Shown one piece after another: positions 10,045 to 23,316 of a stretch of 64,000 nt of DNA. The notes beneath the pieces are model-generated. The model was not told the DNA's origin and ran no database searches. It worked only from the letters and a program-made list of their open reading frames with translations. The translations under genes and the position numbers were made by a program. The DNA lies in NCBI GenBank assembly GCA_026023565.1, contig JAPETS010000012.1, forward strand, positions 682,001-746,000, given 5' to 3'. Origin of the DNA: Cirrosporium novae-zelandiae. Taxonomy: Eukaryota. Each line of letters starts with the position of its first letter. The first letter of the stretch is position 1.

Positions 10045-12745
10045 ATGACTATCACCGCTATTCGTCCAGTTGATGGAGTTACTATAATTGCGGACAAGAA
10101 CTCAGTGAAGCACCCTCCACAGATATGGCCTATTATTGAAGGACCGGTTCCAAAATATCAGCCCCCACAATCGGAAGCATATAAAGAGAGTGCACGTCGA
10201 AAAGGTTCAAATGCAATAGTTATCGATTATGGTACTGTCTTGCCCTTTTTTTTCGAAGTTCGTGGTCAAAGTATAATCATACTAATAGAGTGCTTTTCTA
10301 GGGTCTTCAGCCGTTCGAGCAGGATGGGCCTTCGATCGAGAGCCACGCCTCACGATACCTCCAGTAATGGCACGGTATCGGGACCGAAAGCTATCAAAGT
10401 CCTGCACATTCATAGGCTACGATGCATATGCCGATGCGACCACGAGAGGCCAACAGAGATACGCATTCGAGACTGGTAGCAGTATCATCACCAACTGGGA
10501 TGTTACAGAAGGAATTCTAGACTATATATTCTTGAAGTTTGGTGTGGATGGGGCAGATGGAGGAATAGGCAGGCCAATAGTCATGACAGAGCCAGTGGCC
10601 AATCTAAGCTACTCAAGGAGGAGTATGAACTCTTTCCCCAATAATTTGTCGCCAATATAGTGGGCTTACGATGTTGTGCATACAGATTTGAACGAAATCA
10701 TCTTCGAGCTATACTCTGCACCAGCGTTGGCCTTCGGAATAGACTCTCTTTTCGCATTCCGATACAATAAAGGCTCTTCGGGCTTAGTCGTGTCATCTTC
10801 CCATAGTTCGACGCATCTAATACCGGTGCTCAATTCCAAGCCCCTTCTATCGAGCGCAAGTCGATTGAATTGGGGAGGTTCACATAATATCGAATATATG
10901 CTTAAGCTACTCAAATTAAAATACCCAACATTTCCTACGAAGATAACAGATTACCAGGCTGCAACCCTGGTTAAAGAGCATTGTTATATCTCGCAAGATT
11001 TCGAGCGCGAAATCTCAAAGTTCTTGGAATGGACGGGGTTGGAGGACCGGAACCATGTCATTCAATATCCATTTACGGAGCACATTCAGATAGAAAAGAC
11101 TGAAGAAGAATTGGCGCGTATTGCAGAGCGCAAGAAAGAAAGTGGTCGACGACTACAAGAGCAGGCAGCTAAGATGCGCCTGGAGAAACTGAAGAGGAAG
11201 GAAGATGAACTCGAGTATTACAAACAAGTCCTCCAAGGACTAGCAAACGAGACAAAAAAAGAACAAAAACGCATTCTCGAGGCGGAAGACCTCAAGGACG
11301 AAAATCAACTCGAGAAGGTAATCAAAGATCTGGAAAAGTCAATCCAGAGGTCGAGGAAAAAGGACCTCGGGGAGGTAGACAATACCGAAGAGACAGATCC
11401 TACGGCATTTGCAATATTAGATGTCCCAGACGAAGAACTCGACGAAGCAGGGCTGAAGGAGAAAAAGCACCAACGCCTCATGAAGGCCAACGTGGAGGCT
11501 CGGCAACGCGCCAAAGAAGAAAAGGAACGGGAGGCGGCACGAGTTGCGGAAGAAAAAAGACAAGACGAAGAACGTCGTGAAAACAACCTTGACAGTTGGG
11601 TAGAGGAGCGTCGGGCAGCTCGAGAGGTAATTTATCTTTCCTACCTTCACCCCAACCCCCCAATTCCATTATTCCTTTCCCCCTAACTTCCCATCCAGGA
11701 AATCCTCCAAAAAATCAAAGCTCGCGACCGGCTCAAAGCCGATCTGGGCAACCGCAAATCCCTGGCTTCAATAAACCGCATGAAAGACATTGCCGCTCTA
11801 GCCTCAGACGGCCCCAAGAAGCGCCGCCGCACCGGCAACGGCAACGGCGATGACGACACATTTGGCGCCGATGACGCCGACTGGGGCGTCTACCGCACGA
11901 TCGCCACCAACGGCGACGTGTCCGACGAAGAAGAAGAAGAAGACCTCGGTGCAAGCCTCGAAACCCTCGAACAACAACTCCTCCAACACGACCCCAACTT
12001 TAACGAAGCCGACACCTACGCCGCCCAGAACGACTGGACCCGAAGCCTCGTCCACGCCTTCCTCCGCGGCTCACGCCCCTACGACCCGGAAAGCGCACGC
12101 GAGAACCACCAACTCCATCTCAATGTCGAGCGCATCCGCGTCCCGGAAGTAATCTTCGAACCCTCCATCGCCGGCGTCGATCAAGCCGGCATCATCGAAA
12201 TCGCCGCCGGCATCTTAACCCAGCGCCTCAACGATACAGCCCAGCGCGAAAGGATCCTAAAGGACGTGTTCCTGACCGGGGGCAACACGCTATTCAGGGG
12301 CTTCCAGGACCGGTTCCGAGAAGAGCTGAAGCAGGTTTTGCCCATCGGAGCGCCGCTGGCCATGCGGGCTGCCAGGGATCCGGTTCTGGATGCGTGGAAG
12401 GGGGCTGCGGATTGGGCTTCCGGGGGGGGTGAGGGGGTGGTGAAACCTAAGTTTGTGACGAGGCAGGAATGGTTGGAGAAGGGTGGTGATTATATCAAGG
12501 TATGTTTTATTTACTTCTACTTTTCCCTTTTCTTCTCAAGTATGTCTGTCTATCTGCCCATCTTGACGGAACGGGGATGGGGATTACGGAATGTGAAGAT
12601 TTTTAAATATCCTCCTGCTTTCCCCTCCCTCCCCCCTTCATATCCACCCCCATCCAAACAAAACCCAAAACTCAAAACCCCACTAACCCCTCCCCTTTTA
12701 AAACAACAGGAACACGATCTCGGAAACGCATACACCCAATGGTGA
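10045..12745 (+). CDS. ARP5: Actin-related protein 5 (INO80 complex), 5 exons
   Basis: AIVIDYG, RPIVMTEPVAN, LNEIIFELY, long charged insertion, DDTFGADDADW, HQLHLNVERIRVPEVIFEP, DVFLTGGNTLF, EHDLGN. Introns at ~10232-10300, ~10624-10686, ~11627-11698 and ~12500-12709. Confidence 0.97.
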
Positions 12746-12955
12746 AATAGTTGAAATAGTTGAAATAGTTGAAATAGTAAACCTTTTTTTTTTTCATCTA
12801 GAATGACTTGATTGATTGATTTGTAGGGGAGAGGGGTGGGGAGCGGGAATAAGTAAACCACTGCCCAGGCCTCCCTCTCTCTCTCTACCTGCTTACCTAC
12901 CTACCTTACTTACCTTATCTTTCTAAGAAAAAATTAGTCCAGAAACGAAAAGAAG

Positions 12956-13124
12956 AAGAGAAAAAAAATATATATATATATTCTTTACATGTAGAAATGG
13001 AAATGGTGAATGCCAAAAGAAAGAGAAAGAGAAAGAGAAAAAAAATATATATATATATTCTTTACATGTAGAAATGGAAATGGTGAATGCCAAAAGAAAG
13101 AGAAAGAGAAAGAGAAAAAAAATA
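12956..13124. repeat. Near-perfect 77-bp tandem duplication
   Basis: The unit aaaaaaaatatatatatatattctttacatgtagaaatggaaatggtgaatgccaaaagaaagagaaagagaaagag occurs at 12961 and again at 13038. Confidence 0.95.
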
Positions 13125-13924
13125 ACCTCTATTTCTTTTTTAAAATATTCCTTTCCTTCCCTTCAACTTAAAAAAAAAAAAAGAAAACAAATTAAGTATT
13201 GACGTTGGAAGTTTTATTTATTTCTTTTTAATTTTCTCTCTCCTCTCTACAAGCTTTGGTTTGCCTTCTTTCTTTGATTCGACTGACTGGCCTGACTGAC
13301 TGACTTAACTGACCGGTTTGAATAATTGACCAAATTGATCAATTCTTCCATTCTTTACATTCCACATTCGCCTTATTAAAAAAAAAAGAGGAAAAGAGAA
13401 AAACCTGATAAAATAGATAACCCCCCCCCCTCCCAACCCCAGTTTGCCTGCCAGCCTTCCCCTGGCCCCTCCCTCATTCCTTTTCCAGATATAACAGCAA
13501 AAGCATCCTGTCATGCTTTATAAAAAAACGCCTACAAACTCACGAATCCCCAACCACGCCAAAAAGAAAGAAAAAATCCGAAAACCAGGAAAACCGAAAA
13601 ACCGAAATTAGACCTTTCTGATTCTTGAGGATGGACATGAGGTACCGTTGTTGGTTGTTGTGTTTTGGCGATGACGAACGATAACGATGACGACTGTAAT
13701 AGTAATTGGTAATGATGACGCCGGAAAAAGATAAAAAATGGTAAGCATGCCCATGATGGATTGGGGAATTAATACCGGGGGAATAATTGATTCGTGGCTA
13801 GTCGTCGTGCATACGGAGTTGGTGGATGATGGTGGATTAGATTGGGTGGGGAGAATTGAGTTGGAGATAGGTTCATAAAGGTTTTTGGGAAGTTGGAGGC
13901 CTGGTCCCCTCCCTCGCTAGCATG

Positions 13925-15265
13925 TTACGAGACGGGTTGACTGGGATCGTGTTTGACGCCGAGCTGCGAAGACTGGGTTTGTTGGCCAGGCCGACCTGAA
14001 GATTGTGCTGGGTTGGACATTGCTTGCTTTAGCCTTTTTGACGGGAACTCGTTACCTGCAAGATACGCCGCCTCTTCGTGTTGATGCTTTCCCGTCCCTC
14101 CCAGGTCGACCGCCTGCGCCGCACTGGCTTGCAGCTGGCTCACCGCGCTTGGCCCGATGGGTGCTGCTCCCATGTTCGCTGTCATTGGTGTTGCCGATAC
14201 TGATCCCTGTGTGCCCATTTGTTGTTGCATCTGGTTTGCTGTGCCGCCTGGTTGTTGTTGGCCTGGTGCTCCGGGTGGTGGTGGTTGCTGAACTTCGATG
14301 GGTATTGGAGGTTGGGGAACCTCACCTTGAGATTCAATGAGGCGGGACTGAAGGTTGATTATGTAGTCGCGTAGCTGGTAGTTTTCGGCCTGGAGGGTTT
14401 TAAAATTTTCCGATAGCATGCTATAATCACGGACCTGTTCTTCTAATTTTTTTATGTAGCCTTCTTTGCGTTGGCGAAATGCGCGCTGTAATACGAGTTA
14501 GAGACATTTCCAAACAGCTTCTGCAGATGCGAAATGACTGCTCGAAAATATTTTATCCAAAAGCAGATGACAATAGATGACGGTGGTCGTGGTCGTAGAT
14601 AGGTAAAGGTGAGGAATTAGGTAAGCTTTGATTGATGACTGAGATTGTACGAAAGCAAGAACCATCACACACACGAACTTGAAGCCAAAACTTCCGACAT
14701 CTCAACAACACCATGACAAGAAAATCCGGAGAAGCATACCTGAGCCGCACGATTCTGCGCCGCGCGCTTCGAGGTTGACAGCTCTCTCTTGCCTGTCTTC
14801 CGTCCATCGCCACCGCTATTATTATCATTGCCATCGCTATTATTCCCCGCACCGATGCCCATCATGCCGGACCCAGCAATGGCGGGGTCGATATTCCCAT
14901 GTTCGCGAGGACTCGCCGAACTCGACGGCTGCATGTTTTCGAGAGAATGATGGGGTTGTTGTGGCGATGAGGCTGTGTTTTGGGTTGCGAGAAGCTGATC
15001 TCGGAGGCCTGTTGAATGTTGGAAGGAAGTGTATGAGTAGGGTGTCATGATAGGAACGATATGATTAGGGTGCATGGAATTGGTGAGAGGCATGGTAGGC
15101 TCACTTTGGTCGAAAGCATGGTCCTGTGAGGAAAATCCCAAGGTCAGCATCATGAGGATCGGGCGCGTCGGCAGGTGGACACAAGAGTGAGAAAGAAGGG
15201 TAAGATCTTACCGAAGGAGCATGTTGCATCGTGTGTGGAGGAGCCGGAGCGAGGGTTGGTTGCAT
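13925..15265 (-). CDS. kapC: bZIP transcription factor, KapC-like (4 exons)
   Basis: Spliced MQPTLAPAPPHTMQHAPS|DHAFDQ|SLRDQLLA...GKRELSTSKRAAQNRAAQ|RAFRQRKEGYIKKLEEQVRDYSMLSENFKTLQAENYQLRDYIINLQSRLIESQGEVP; basic region plus leucine zipper. Confidence 0.88.
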
Positions 15266-15715
15266 GTTGGAATTCTAGGATGGGGGGAGACCTGCACACG
15301 CTCCAGAATACAAAATAGCTATGGATGGATGACCAGGGAAGTAAATACCAGCAAGACTGTTATCTTTTTTTTTTTTTTGAGTTGGAGGATTGAGGATGTT
15401 TTGGGGGGGGGGGGGGGGGGGGTGAGTTTAACAGAGACAATTGGGGGAAGCTTTTCGCGCAATAGGACGGACTTGGGAGACCTGTGTTTCCTTCTCTTGT
15501 ACTTCTCTTTTCTCTCTTTTTTCCCAAATGAATTAATTCACCTGGTTCTTGAACCACGTGATTTCCCGCCTTCCCTTGGGCGGAGATGACTGACGAGGGG
15601 CAGGTTTTGTTGAAATTGCCTTTATAGCTACGAGAGTTGTGGGTTACAATTCGACTCTGTTGTTATTTTGTTTTGTTTTTCTTTTTTCTTTTTTTTTAAA
15701 AAATAATTCAATTAT

Positions 15716-15795
15716 GGGGGTGGTCGAGTTATTGGAGGGTTATTGGGGGGTTATTGGGGGGGTATTGGGGGGTCATTGGGGGGGTATTGGGGTTA
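15716..15795 (+). repeat. G-tract minisatellite (~TTATTGGGGGG)n upstream of kapC
   Basis: At least six G4-G7 runs separated by ttatt/tatt/tcatt; a separate G20 run lies at 15403-15422. Confidence 0.85.
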
Positions 15796-16418
15796 TGTGA
15801 TGGGGGTTTGTATTTTTGTAACTGGGCGGACTGGTTAGGCTGCCTTATTGGAATTTACGACTTGTGAGGGAAAGTGGAAGGAAAGTGGAAGGAAAGGAAA
15901 GGAAAGGCAAAGCAAAGGCAAAGCAAAGGTACCCGGTCGGTGGTCGGTGGTCGGTGGTCGGTGGTCGGTCCTTAGTAATCTTGATTATTAATATTAATAG
16001 ATAAATAACACCCTCGTCAGACCACACACCTACTTTCTCTCTTACGGTGTAATCAGCAATTAACTCCGATAATACAATTTAAATGATCCGAACCGAATCT
16101 TGGCCCATTCATTGTTTCTCTTTGTCTCTCTACCCCGCTACTTCCGACTACCGATGATCCGACCATCCGAAAAAAAAAAGACTTACTGACTACAAATCGA
16201 CCCAAATGACATAATTTCATATAATTATGCCTCATCGTCATCTCTCATCATCATCATCATAATTCAGACTGATTATTGTTTATAAGTACACTAAGTATGT
16301 AATAATACATCTACTCTACTTGACATGTAGAATACCCTCTCATGTCTCTGAAGTAAATAACTAACCGTGAATCGTCATAGACAGATAAGAGCTAACAAAT
16401 ATGAATCCTGTCGTCATT

Positions 16419-18220
16419 TCATGCCTGAAGAATTAGGCTTCCACCAAACATCATTCCTACCAATGTTGCCACCATTACACCTAACGAAGCCATCGAAATA
16501 CTGGGAGGTCCTCCATACATCGATGACGCCGCACCCTTGGTAGATGATCCGCTTGTAGCACCAGCTGTGATGGATGCGATTCCAGGCAACAAGCCCACAG
16601 TTGAACCACTACCTGTGGCACTTGGCTGTCCAACCTTAGGCACGCCCGTCAACGTCTGGGTAACAGAAACGCTCGAGGCAACCGTCGAAACATCAGGGAT
16701 TCCTGAGCTGCCGAATTCAACCACATGCGAGCTCGAAACGTTATACTTGGTCTGAGCGATGGCGATTTCATTGTTTTCGAGATCGTAGACAACATAAGCC
16801 GATCGGAGGAATGTATCTCCAAAGAGCACTGGAGCATCTCCCGCTTCTTCAATTCCAAATGAGCATGCTGGAGTGCCGTCATCAAATGTAAGTGGATAGC
16901 CTTCATCATCGGTCAGGGGAGTAACCAGGTTACTAAGTGGCACAACAATCGTAGGACCTCCCGAGCCACCAAATCCATATGTAAAGTTTGCATCGTAGTT
17001 GCCAATATTGCAATTAACCACATTGCCATATTCATTCGTTGTCGTGGCGCCAACACTGTCGAGAATTTCTTTTGCAATGTCGTCGGGAAGAACCGTGTTG
17101 GTGGTTCCAGAATCAAGAACAGCTGCCATGGCAACATCTTTTGATATAGATGTTTTACCAGAGCTGGTGGTAACAGTCAACGATGTCCAGGCAACGGTGA
17201 ACGAGGTAATCTCTCCACTCATCGAGTCAGGTTGAACGGGCAAGCCGATTAACGAGCCTTCATATTTGTCTGTGTCAATGCCGCCAAAGAGGATTGAGCC
17301 AGTGAGTGATTCTAGATGAGGAACGGTTAGTCGAGATTGAAAGCCGGGGGGTTCAGGTGTAGTGTCCTCACCAAGATCATTCAACCATAAGGAATAGCCT
17401 CGATGACTGATTAGTCCCTGAGTTTTCATCATGCTAACTAAATTTGGGTATTCATCAGATGGGTCGACAGAAGATATTGCCTCATCAGCTATATATCCAA
17501 TTCCCATGACACCAATAGCATCAGATCCTTGGGTTGCCAGGCCCAGGGTCATGTTTTTGACGGATTTCCCTCCAATTGAGAATACATCGGAAAAGTAGTC
17601 ACCCGAGTCACCTGTCCCATCGACATATGTTATATTAAATGTGCCTTTGGAAAGCGTGTTAAAAGTTGAAGATTTGGCCGAACGGACTGCATGGCCATGT
17701 CAGTAATGTTGGGGGGGCTTCGAGTAAGATAGTATGGGCTGTAGTGAATTGGACCGTTCAAAAGACAGTTTAACAAAATAACAATTGAAATGGGCTTTGT
17801 AAAAATTAATTTCGGTCGTCCTTCTACTAGAAGGGTCCCAATAATACCATAGATAGAGACCGTGTCTTGGAGGCATTCAAATAGAATAGTGAATCAATCC
17901 AACTTACATGATGTGATGGAGCAGGTGTCTGTCGCTTGCTCACAGGCACCGCCGTTGGTAGCAGGAACCCAAATGTCGCTGCTACCAGTATCGATTTGAA
18001 TAGAAATCTGTTGGGGAGGGGTTCCTATGGTGATGTTGGCGTAATATAGAATTTCATCATTGCCCAAGGTCGCAGTAACGGTACCTCGTTTGCGCAGAGG
18101 GTTCGAGATGGTGGTATCGGACCGTTTGACTTGCTGAAAGTCCATTCCAATGACGGAGGCAGAGACCGAGGTAACGGCTAGACCCGCCAGGGTTAAAAGA
18201 GGAAGGGTAGAGGAATGCAT
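16419..18220 (-). CDS. Secreted, probably GPI-anchored aspartic endopeptidase (yapsin/OpsB-like, pepsin family A1)
   Basis: Signal peptide, dibasic KR/RKR propeptide sites, catalytic DTGSS and DSGTT motifs, [16 protein letters not shown], Ser/Thr-rich tail and hydrophobic C-terminus. Introns at ~17906-17688 and ~17370-17312. Confidence 0.93.
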
Positions 18221-20476
18221 TATGTCTTGAAAGATGAGATGAATGGAGATAGGATGGGGAATGGAAACCGAATGTTGGGGGAAAAGGTGATTATCAACAA
18301 CCTAGGATCCCGACTAAAGATTAAAAAACAAGGCAGTGTCGCAGTTGCTTGATGTCAGTAAGCTTGTTTTATTTGATCCTTAGCTAGGGAGGTTTACTGG
18401 GGGGAGGGAGTATAAACAGGGGATGGCTAATAAGAGGAAGGATGGGCTGTGGCTGTGTTGGATTGGGTTGTGTTGTGTTGTACTTGTTCTGGCCCATGGA
18501 ACCAGTGAGAAAGAATCCTTCGTATTTTCTTTGTTGCCCCCATTCCCGTTTTTGGGTTGATTTAGGCGTGGAGAGTGTCATGTTGAGGGTTTTTACTGGT
18601 AGAGAATGAAAGCAAAAAGATGAATAGAACAATGAATTACAATAAACAACCAAGCTTTCTATCGTTTAGAGTTAAGCGGGTGGGATGAGCTTGGCTTGGC
18701 TTGGCCTGGTAATTATACTTGGTACTAATACTAGTGTGTATGGTATCAAAGTATCCGTTAGTAACGTGGGAAGGCAAATTGCTTGAATTAATGTTTCAAA
18801 GTATATAAGCCTTTGACTAAACTTAACCTCTTGTTCCAATGTTTTAATCAAATATTTTACCCCTGACTACCGTGCTCTACCATCTAATATTCCTAACATA
18901 CACACTTATGCCATTGTTCATGTGCAAAAGAACGCCATCCGCCAGTTTTTTCCGATTACATGGGTTGCCTAGATTGCCACCCATTGGCTTCTGTGCCATT
19001 CCGCTGTTTCCACCTCTTGCTTTTGTAGTATCTCGTGCTCAATTTCCTTCTCTATTTCCTTGAACGTGACCTGAAGATATCTCAAAAACTTTCCGAGTTC
19101 TGACTGTTGACGAAAGTTGTCCATGGAACACGTGGTCTTCCAAGGGGAGAAGAGATAAATATACCATGGTAGACTGACAACCAGAGCATTTTCAAATTTT
19201 TTTTTCACTTACAAGGCTATCATAGCCATCATAGCTCTTGGAAATGTCAGAACCCTGGATCCCCTTGTGAAATTATATTAATATTTTGGCCAAGATAAGT
19301 GACCCCGCACTTCTTGCGCATCAAAAACTGCAAGTGAAAAAAAAAAAAAAAACCTTAACATGATGTATTCATCATATCCTAACATAATTACCGCTCGGGA
19401 ACAACCCAAGCACAAAATATAATCCAATAGCTCAAAGACAGGAAGGGCATAGCTCGAGCCATTCTGCCTTATCCAAATCCTACCGCAAGCTAATGTCCTA
19501 AGTCAGATGAGGAAATCTCAAGTTCTCAAATGCTTAATCAAGTGGTGCCACAGATGCATAACGCCGCTTTCGGAAGCGCCCTGAAAAGTGACATCGATTG
19601 TCCTACATATTCATGGATTTACCGCGCAACCTAGAAAAAAATCCCGGCGCTGCGGAGAATGTTCATCCAAGAGGTTTCACCTGCAACCATGTCATGCCAT
19701 GCGTGTGTCCAGCACCTATTTATATAGGACCCCACTCCTCCTCCTGGTTCTCATCTCCAAAATTCAGCTGATATAGAGAGAGGGGGAATTAAATCGCGAG
19801 ATAGCGTTTATCTATTACCTTGTCATCGAACCAGACATGTGTAATGAGAGATTTAAAAAGAAGGCCTCTAACATCCGAACAGACTACAATTAAAGATAAT
19901 AATAATAATTCATTTTATTAGCCGCCTATCGCCTTCGGAAACAATTAGGGAGGGATAAACCAAAAAAAAAAACGGTAAAACGAAACGCTATTTTAAGTTA
20001 ACTTATTGTATCAAAAATCCCCGTTCCGTTCAGCTTTTAATATTTTCATATTCATATTTATATATCCCGCGGGGCGTTCATTCCCAAGCAAAGCTATTTA
20101 TTCGTTCCTTGCGTATTTGCGTCGCTATACTAACTATTACTATTCCACCACTACCACCACTCCCTATGTAGCTTATTATATTGTAGGCTTACTTACTTAC
20201 TTAGATTCCTAACCCCCACAAACAAACAACTAACCTGACCTACTTATTGCTACTCCCTAATCAATCATAACTCCAATTTCCAATCACCATCTCAGTTTCC
20301 CTCTTCCCTCTTCCCTCCCCCACCGTTTCCTCTTTTTCTCCTACGTATATCACCTTCGCCCTTCCAACACTCACCCCTTTTTTTATTTTATTTTTGAGAT
20401 TTATTTGGGTTGGATCGTGTTCGTGGGCAACTGCTACCCTACCTGCCTGCCTGCCTACCTCTTTCTTATTTTTTGT

Positions 20477-20525
20477 TTCTTCTTCTTCTTCTTCTTCTTC
20501 TTCTTCTTCTTCTTCTTCTTCTTCT
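20477..20525. repeat. (CTT)n microsatellite
   Basis: About 16 consecutive TTC units. Confidence 0.95.
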
Positions 20526-22352
20526 CTCTCTGATGGTTATGATGGGCTAGGGTTCAGGGGTGTAATTTAGGGGGCGGAGGGGTACTAGGTATGGGGTGTG
20601 TGGGATCGGAGGGAATTATATAACTACATCTACAAATACAACTACAACACCACCAAATACTGTTTCCACACAAAAACACAAGATTAGCAGACGACTTTTT
20701 TTTGAGACGTGTATGTGTGTACTTATCTATGCTAGCAAGATCAGAAAAGGCCCATATATGAGTATACGCAGCCTTGATCGATTAATTAATTAATCAGACC
20801 TTTGGAAGCATATACTTTATAATTATCACGTAGATATGGGCCTTGTCCTTTTTTTTTTTTTCTCTTCTTCTCTTTTATGAGTTTATAAGTACCAGCTAGT
20901 TAGTGAATATCGACATCAACATCGACTTCGATTTCGAATTTCTGAGTTCTGCTTTTCATGACTATCTCCCCCCCTCATTCTCCCTTCAAACTTCTATCCT
21001 TCTATTTCGTATTCCATATTTCGTATTCCATATTCCATACCCTATGAGTCTACAGTATAAAATAAAGAGTGAACGTCTGTGTGTTAGGGTTTACAAAGGG
21101 GTTTACGAAATATAACTTCTGATTTATATGTTTTATATATGATTGATGTGATTTATATGATTTATATGATTTTATGGGTGTGGCTAAGGTACATAGGGGT
21201 TGGTTAGATTAGATTGGTTAGCTGGGGTTGTGGTTGTATAGCTCTTGGTAGGGAAGGTAGGTAGATAGGATAAAGTAGGGGTCATTGCCGTTATTCCAAT
21301 CTCTAGTAGTCATGTCATGTAGCCCTGCACTTTTTTTTTTCTTTATTTCGGTGCGAATAGGGCCTTCACCTTCACCAAAAAAAAAAAAAAAAAAAGAGAG
21401 CTATTATAGCTTATATCCTCTACCTACCTAACCCTTACCTAACACGAGCACTCGATATTATATCGTTATCCACCCCTTTTGAAAGTAACAGATACTATAA
21501 TCCCCCCCACGTTCGTTGTTCGTTGTTCGTTTTTTTTTTTTTGGATTAATTAGTTAGTTAGTTAGGGAGTTGGTTAGGGAGTTGGTTAGGTAGAATGTTA
21601 GGGTAAGAGAAGAAGAAGAAGTGATTATCGTTTTTATCTTGCCCTTTCGGCTTTTCAGCCGTTCTAACCAAAAAACCAGAACCAAGTTTTATATAATTAA
21701 TTACCCAGGTAACCCTACTTAACACTTAGATTATCATATTATATTCATATCTACTTCTTTGAAAGTAACGGATAATCCCCCCCCCCCCCCTATGCCCCCT
21801 ACACGTCCCCCTTTTTTTGGTTTAGCTTAGTTGGTTAGAGAGTTGGTTAGGGTAAAAGAAAAAGAAGGAGTGTGTTGTTTGTCTTTCTTGAGATGCCCTT
21901 TTTTGCTTTCTTTAAAATAATATGGGCGTGAAATAATACCCCTTGGTGGGGTAGGTATCTAGGTAGGTAGGGTCATTGCAATCTCTAGTGTCTGTAGACT
22001 GTTCTGTACTTTGTTTTATACATGGGATATAATGCGGGGTTGTAATAAAAAATGATAATGGCCTTTTTTCTTGAGATGTCTTTTTTTTTAGTTTTTTTTT
22101 TTTAAATAATATAGGCATGAAATAAGAATACCCCCTTGATGTCTCTCTCTAAAGGAGTCTATTTTGTAAATATTCTTTTTGGTAATACCCCGTAGGTCGG
22201 TAGTCCCATGTCCGCTCGTAATGCATGCTACAGAAATGCTGAGAGGTAAAAAAAAAGGGGAGGGAAAAAAATGTCTTATGCATCATCGTACCGTTTACCC
22301 TTGTTGAAAGAACCTTTCACCCCTGACGGATAAAATCAAAAGGTCGAAGGAT

Positions 22353-23316
22353 TTAATACCAGGCTCCCAGAACTGGTACATTTCGGTACAGTTCATCGAA
22401 TCCCGATCCCATCCACCCCTTGGTCTCTCCGATCATTCCAGAAAGCCTCATCCCCTGCATCCAGAGGCCAAAGCCGAAGAAGCTCACAGCTTGCAGTAAC
22501 CACCATCTTCTCCGCTTGGGGCGTTCACCTCCTCGAACGTTCTCCGGTGTCCACCTCCGCCATCTGGCCATACCCCACACGATATGCCAGACGGTCGTTG
22601 CGACCAATGGAGCATAGGCGAGGGCAAATGCGCCGGGATGCCTCGACATGCCATGGCCCACGTAGGTTAATCCAATGCTTGAGCTTCCTCCTTCAGACCA
22701 CAGGGGCGTCAGTCGATTTACAAGAATGTGTAAACCGGCAAGGGGAGCAAGCGTAAACCCAATTATGCTTGTAGAGCTTATAGGTGGAAACTTGACTTTC
22801 TTTCGGTCAGCCCTGTTTTCAGCCCCCGCCCGTGCAAGCATCTGACGGCGACGGTGAACACGGAGAGCCACGCCGGAGCCGACATGGGCGACAATCGGAA
22901 GAAAAACCAGAAGCGGTTCCGCAATTGGAGATTGATAGTAAGGCCGGGTCAACAGTAGATATTCGTCTGCCGCCGAAGCTGAGCGCAGAGCAAGAGGAAT
23001 AAGAGAGGTGTTTGCAAGATGAAGGGCTAGGAAGGCGGAGAAAGTGTAGGAAGAGTATTTCTGGATTCGACGGACTAGGCATGGTTTGAAGTTAGAATTT
23101 TTAGAGAAAACAAATTATAAAGCAAAAAAAGGAAAATAGAGAAAAGTCCATACGGTAATAGGTGGCCCCATGACCACCGCTGAGACCGAAGGAAGAGGTG
23201 GATTTAGGAAAGTATGAGCCCTTCTCTGCGGCTGAGAGTGGTGGTTCATCATCCACGGGACTAGGATCGAGGTAGTGGAGCTCGGACGAAGGGTCCGGGT
23301 CAGGGGGAACATCCAT
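22353..23316 (-). CDS. MCP1: Mitochondrial outer-membrane adapter Mcp1-like (DUF1691) protein, 2 exons
   Basis: Spliced ...GATYYL|RRIQKYSSYTFSAFLALHLANTSLIPLA...LLLTRPYYQSPIAEPLLVFLPIVAHVGSGVALR...; multi-TM pattern with conserved His residues. Confidence 0.8.

Noticed and set aside
21550..21610. Interstitial telomere-like TTAGGG/GGTTAGG words
   Set aside because: Scattered and imperfect within G/T-rich low-complexity DNA; not a tandem telomeric array.
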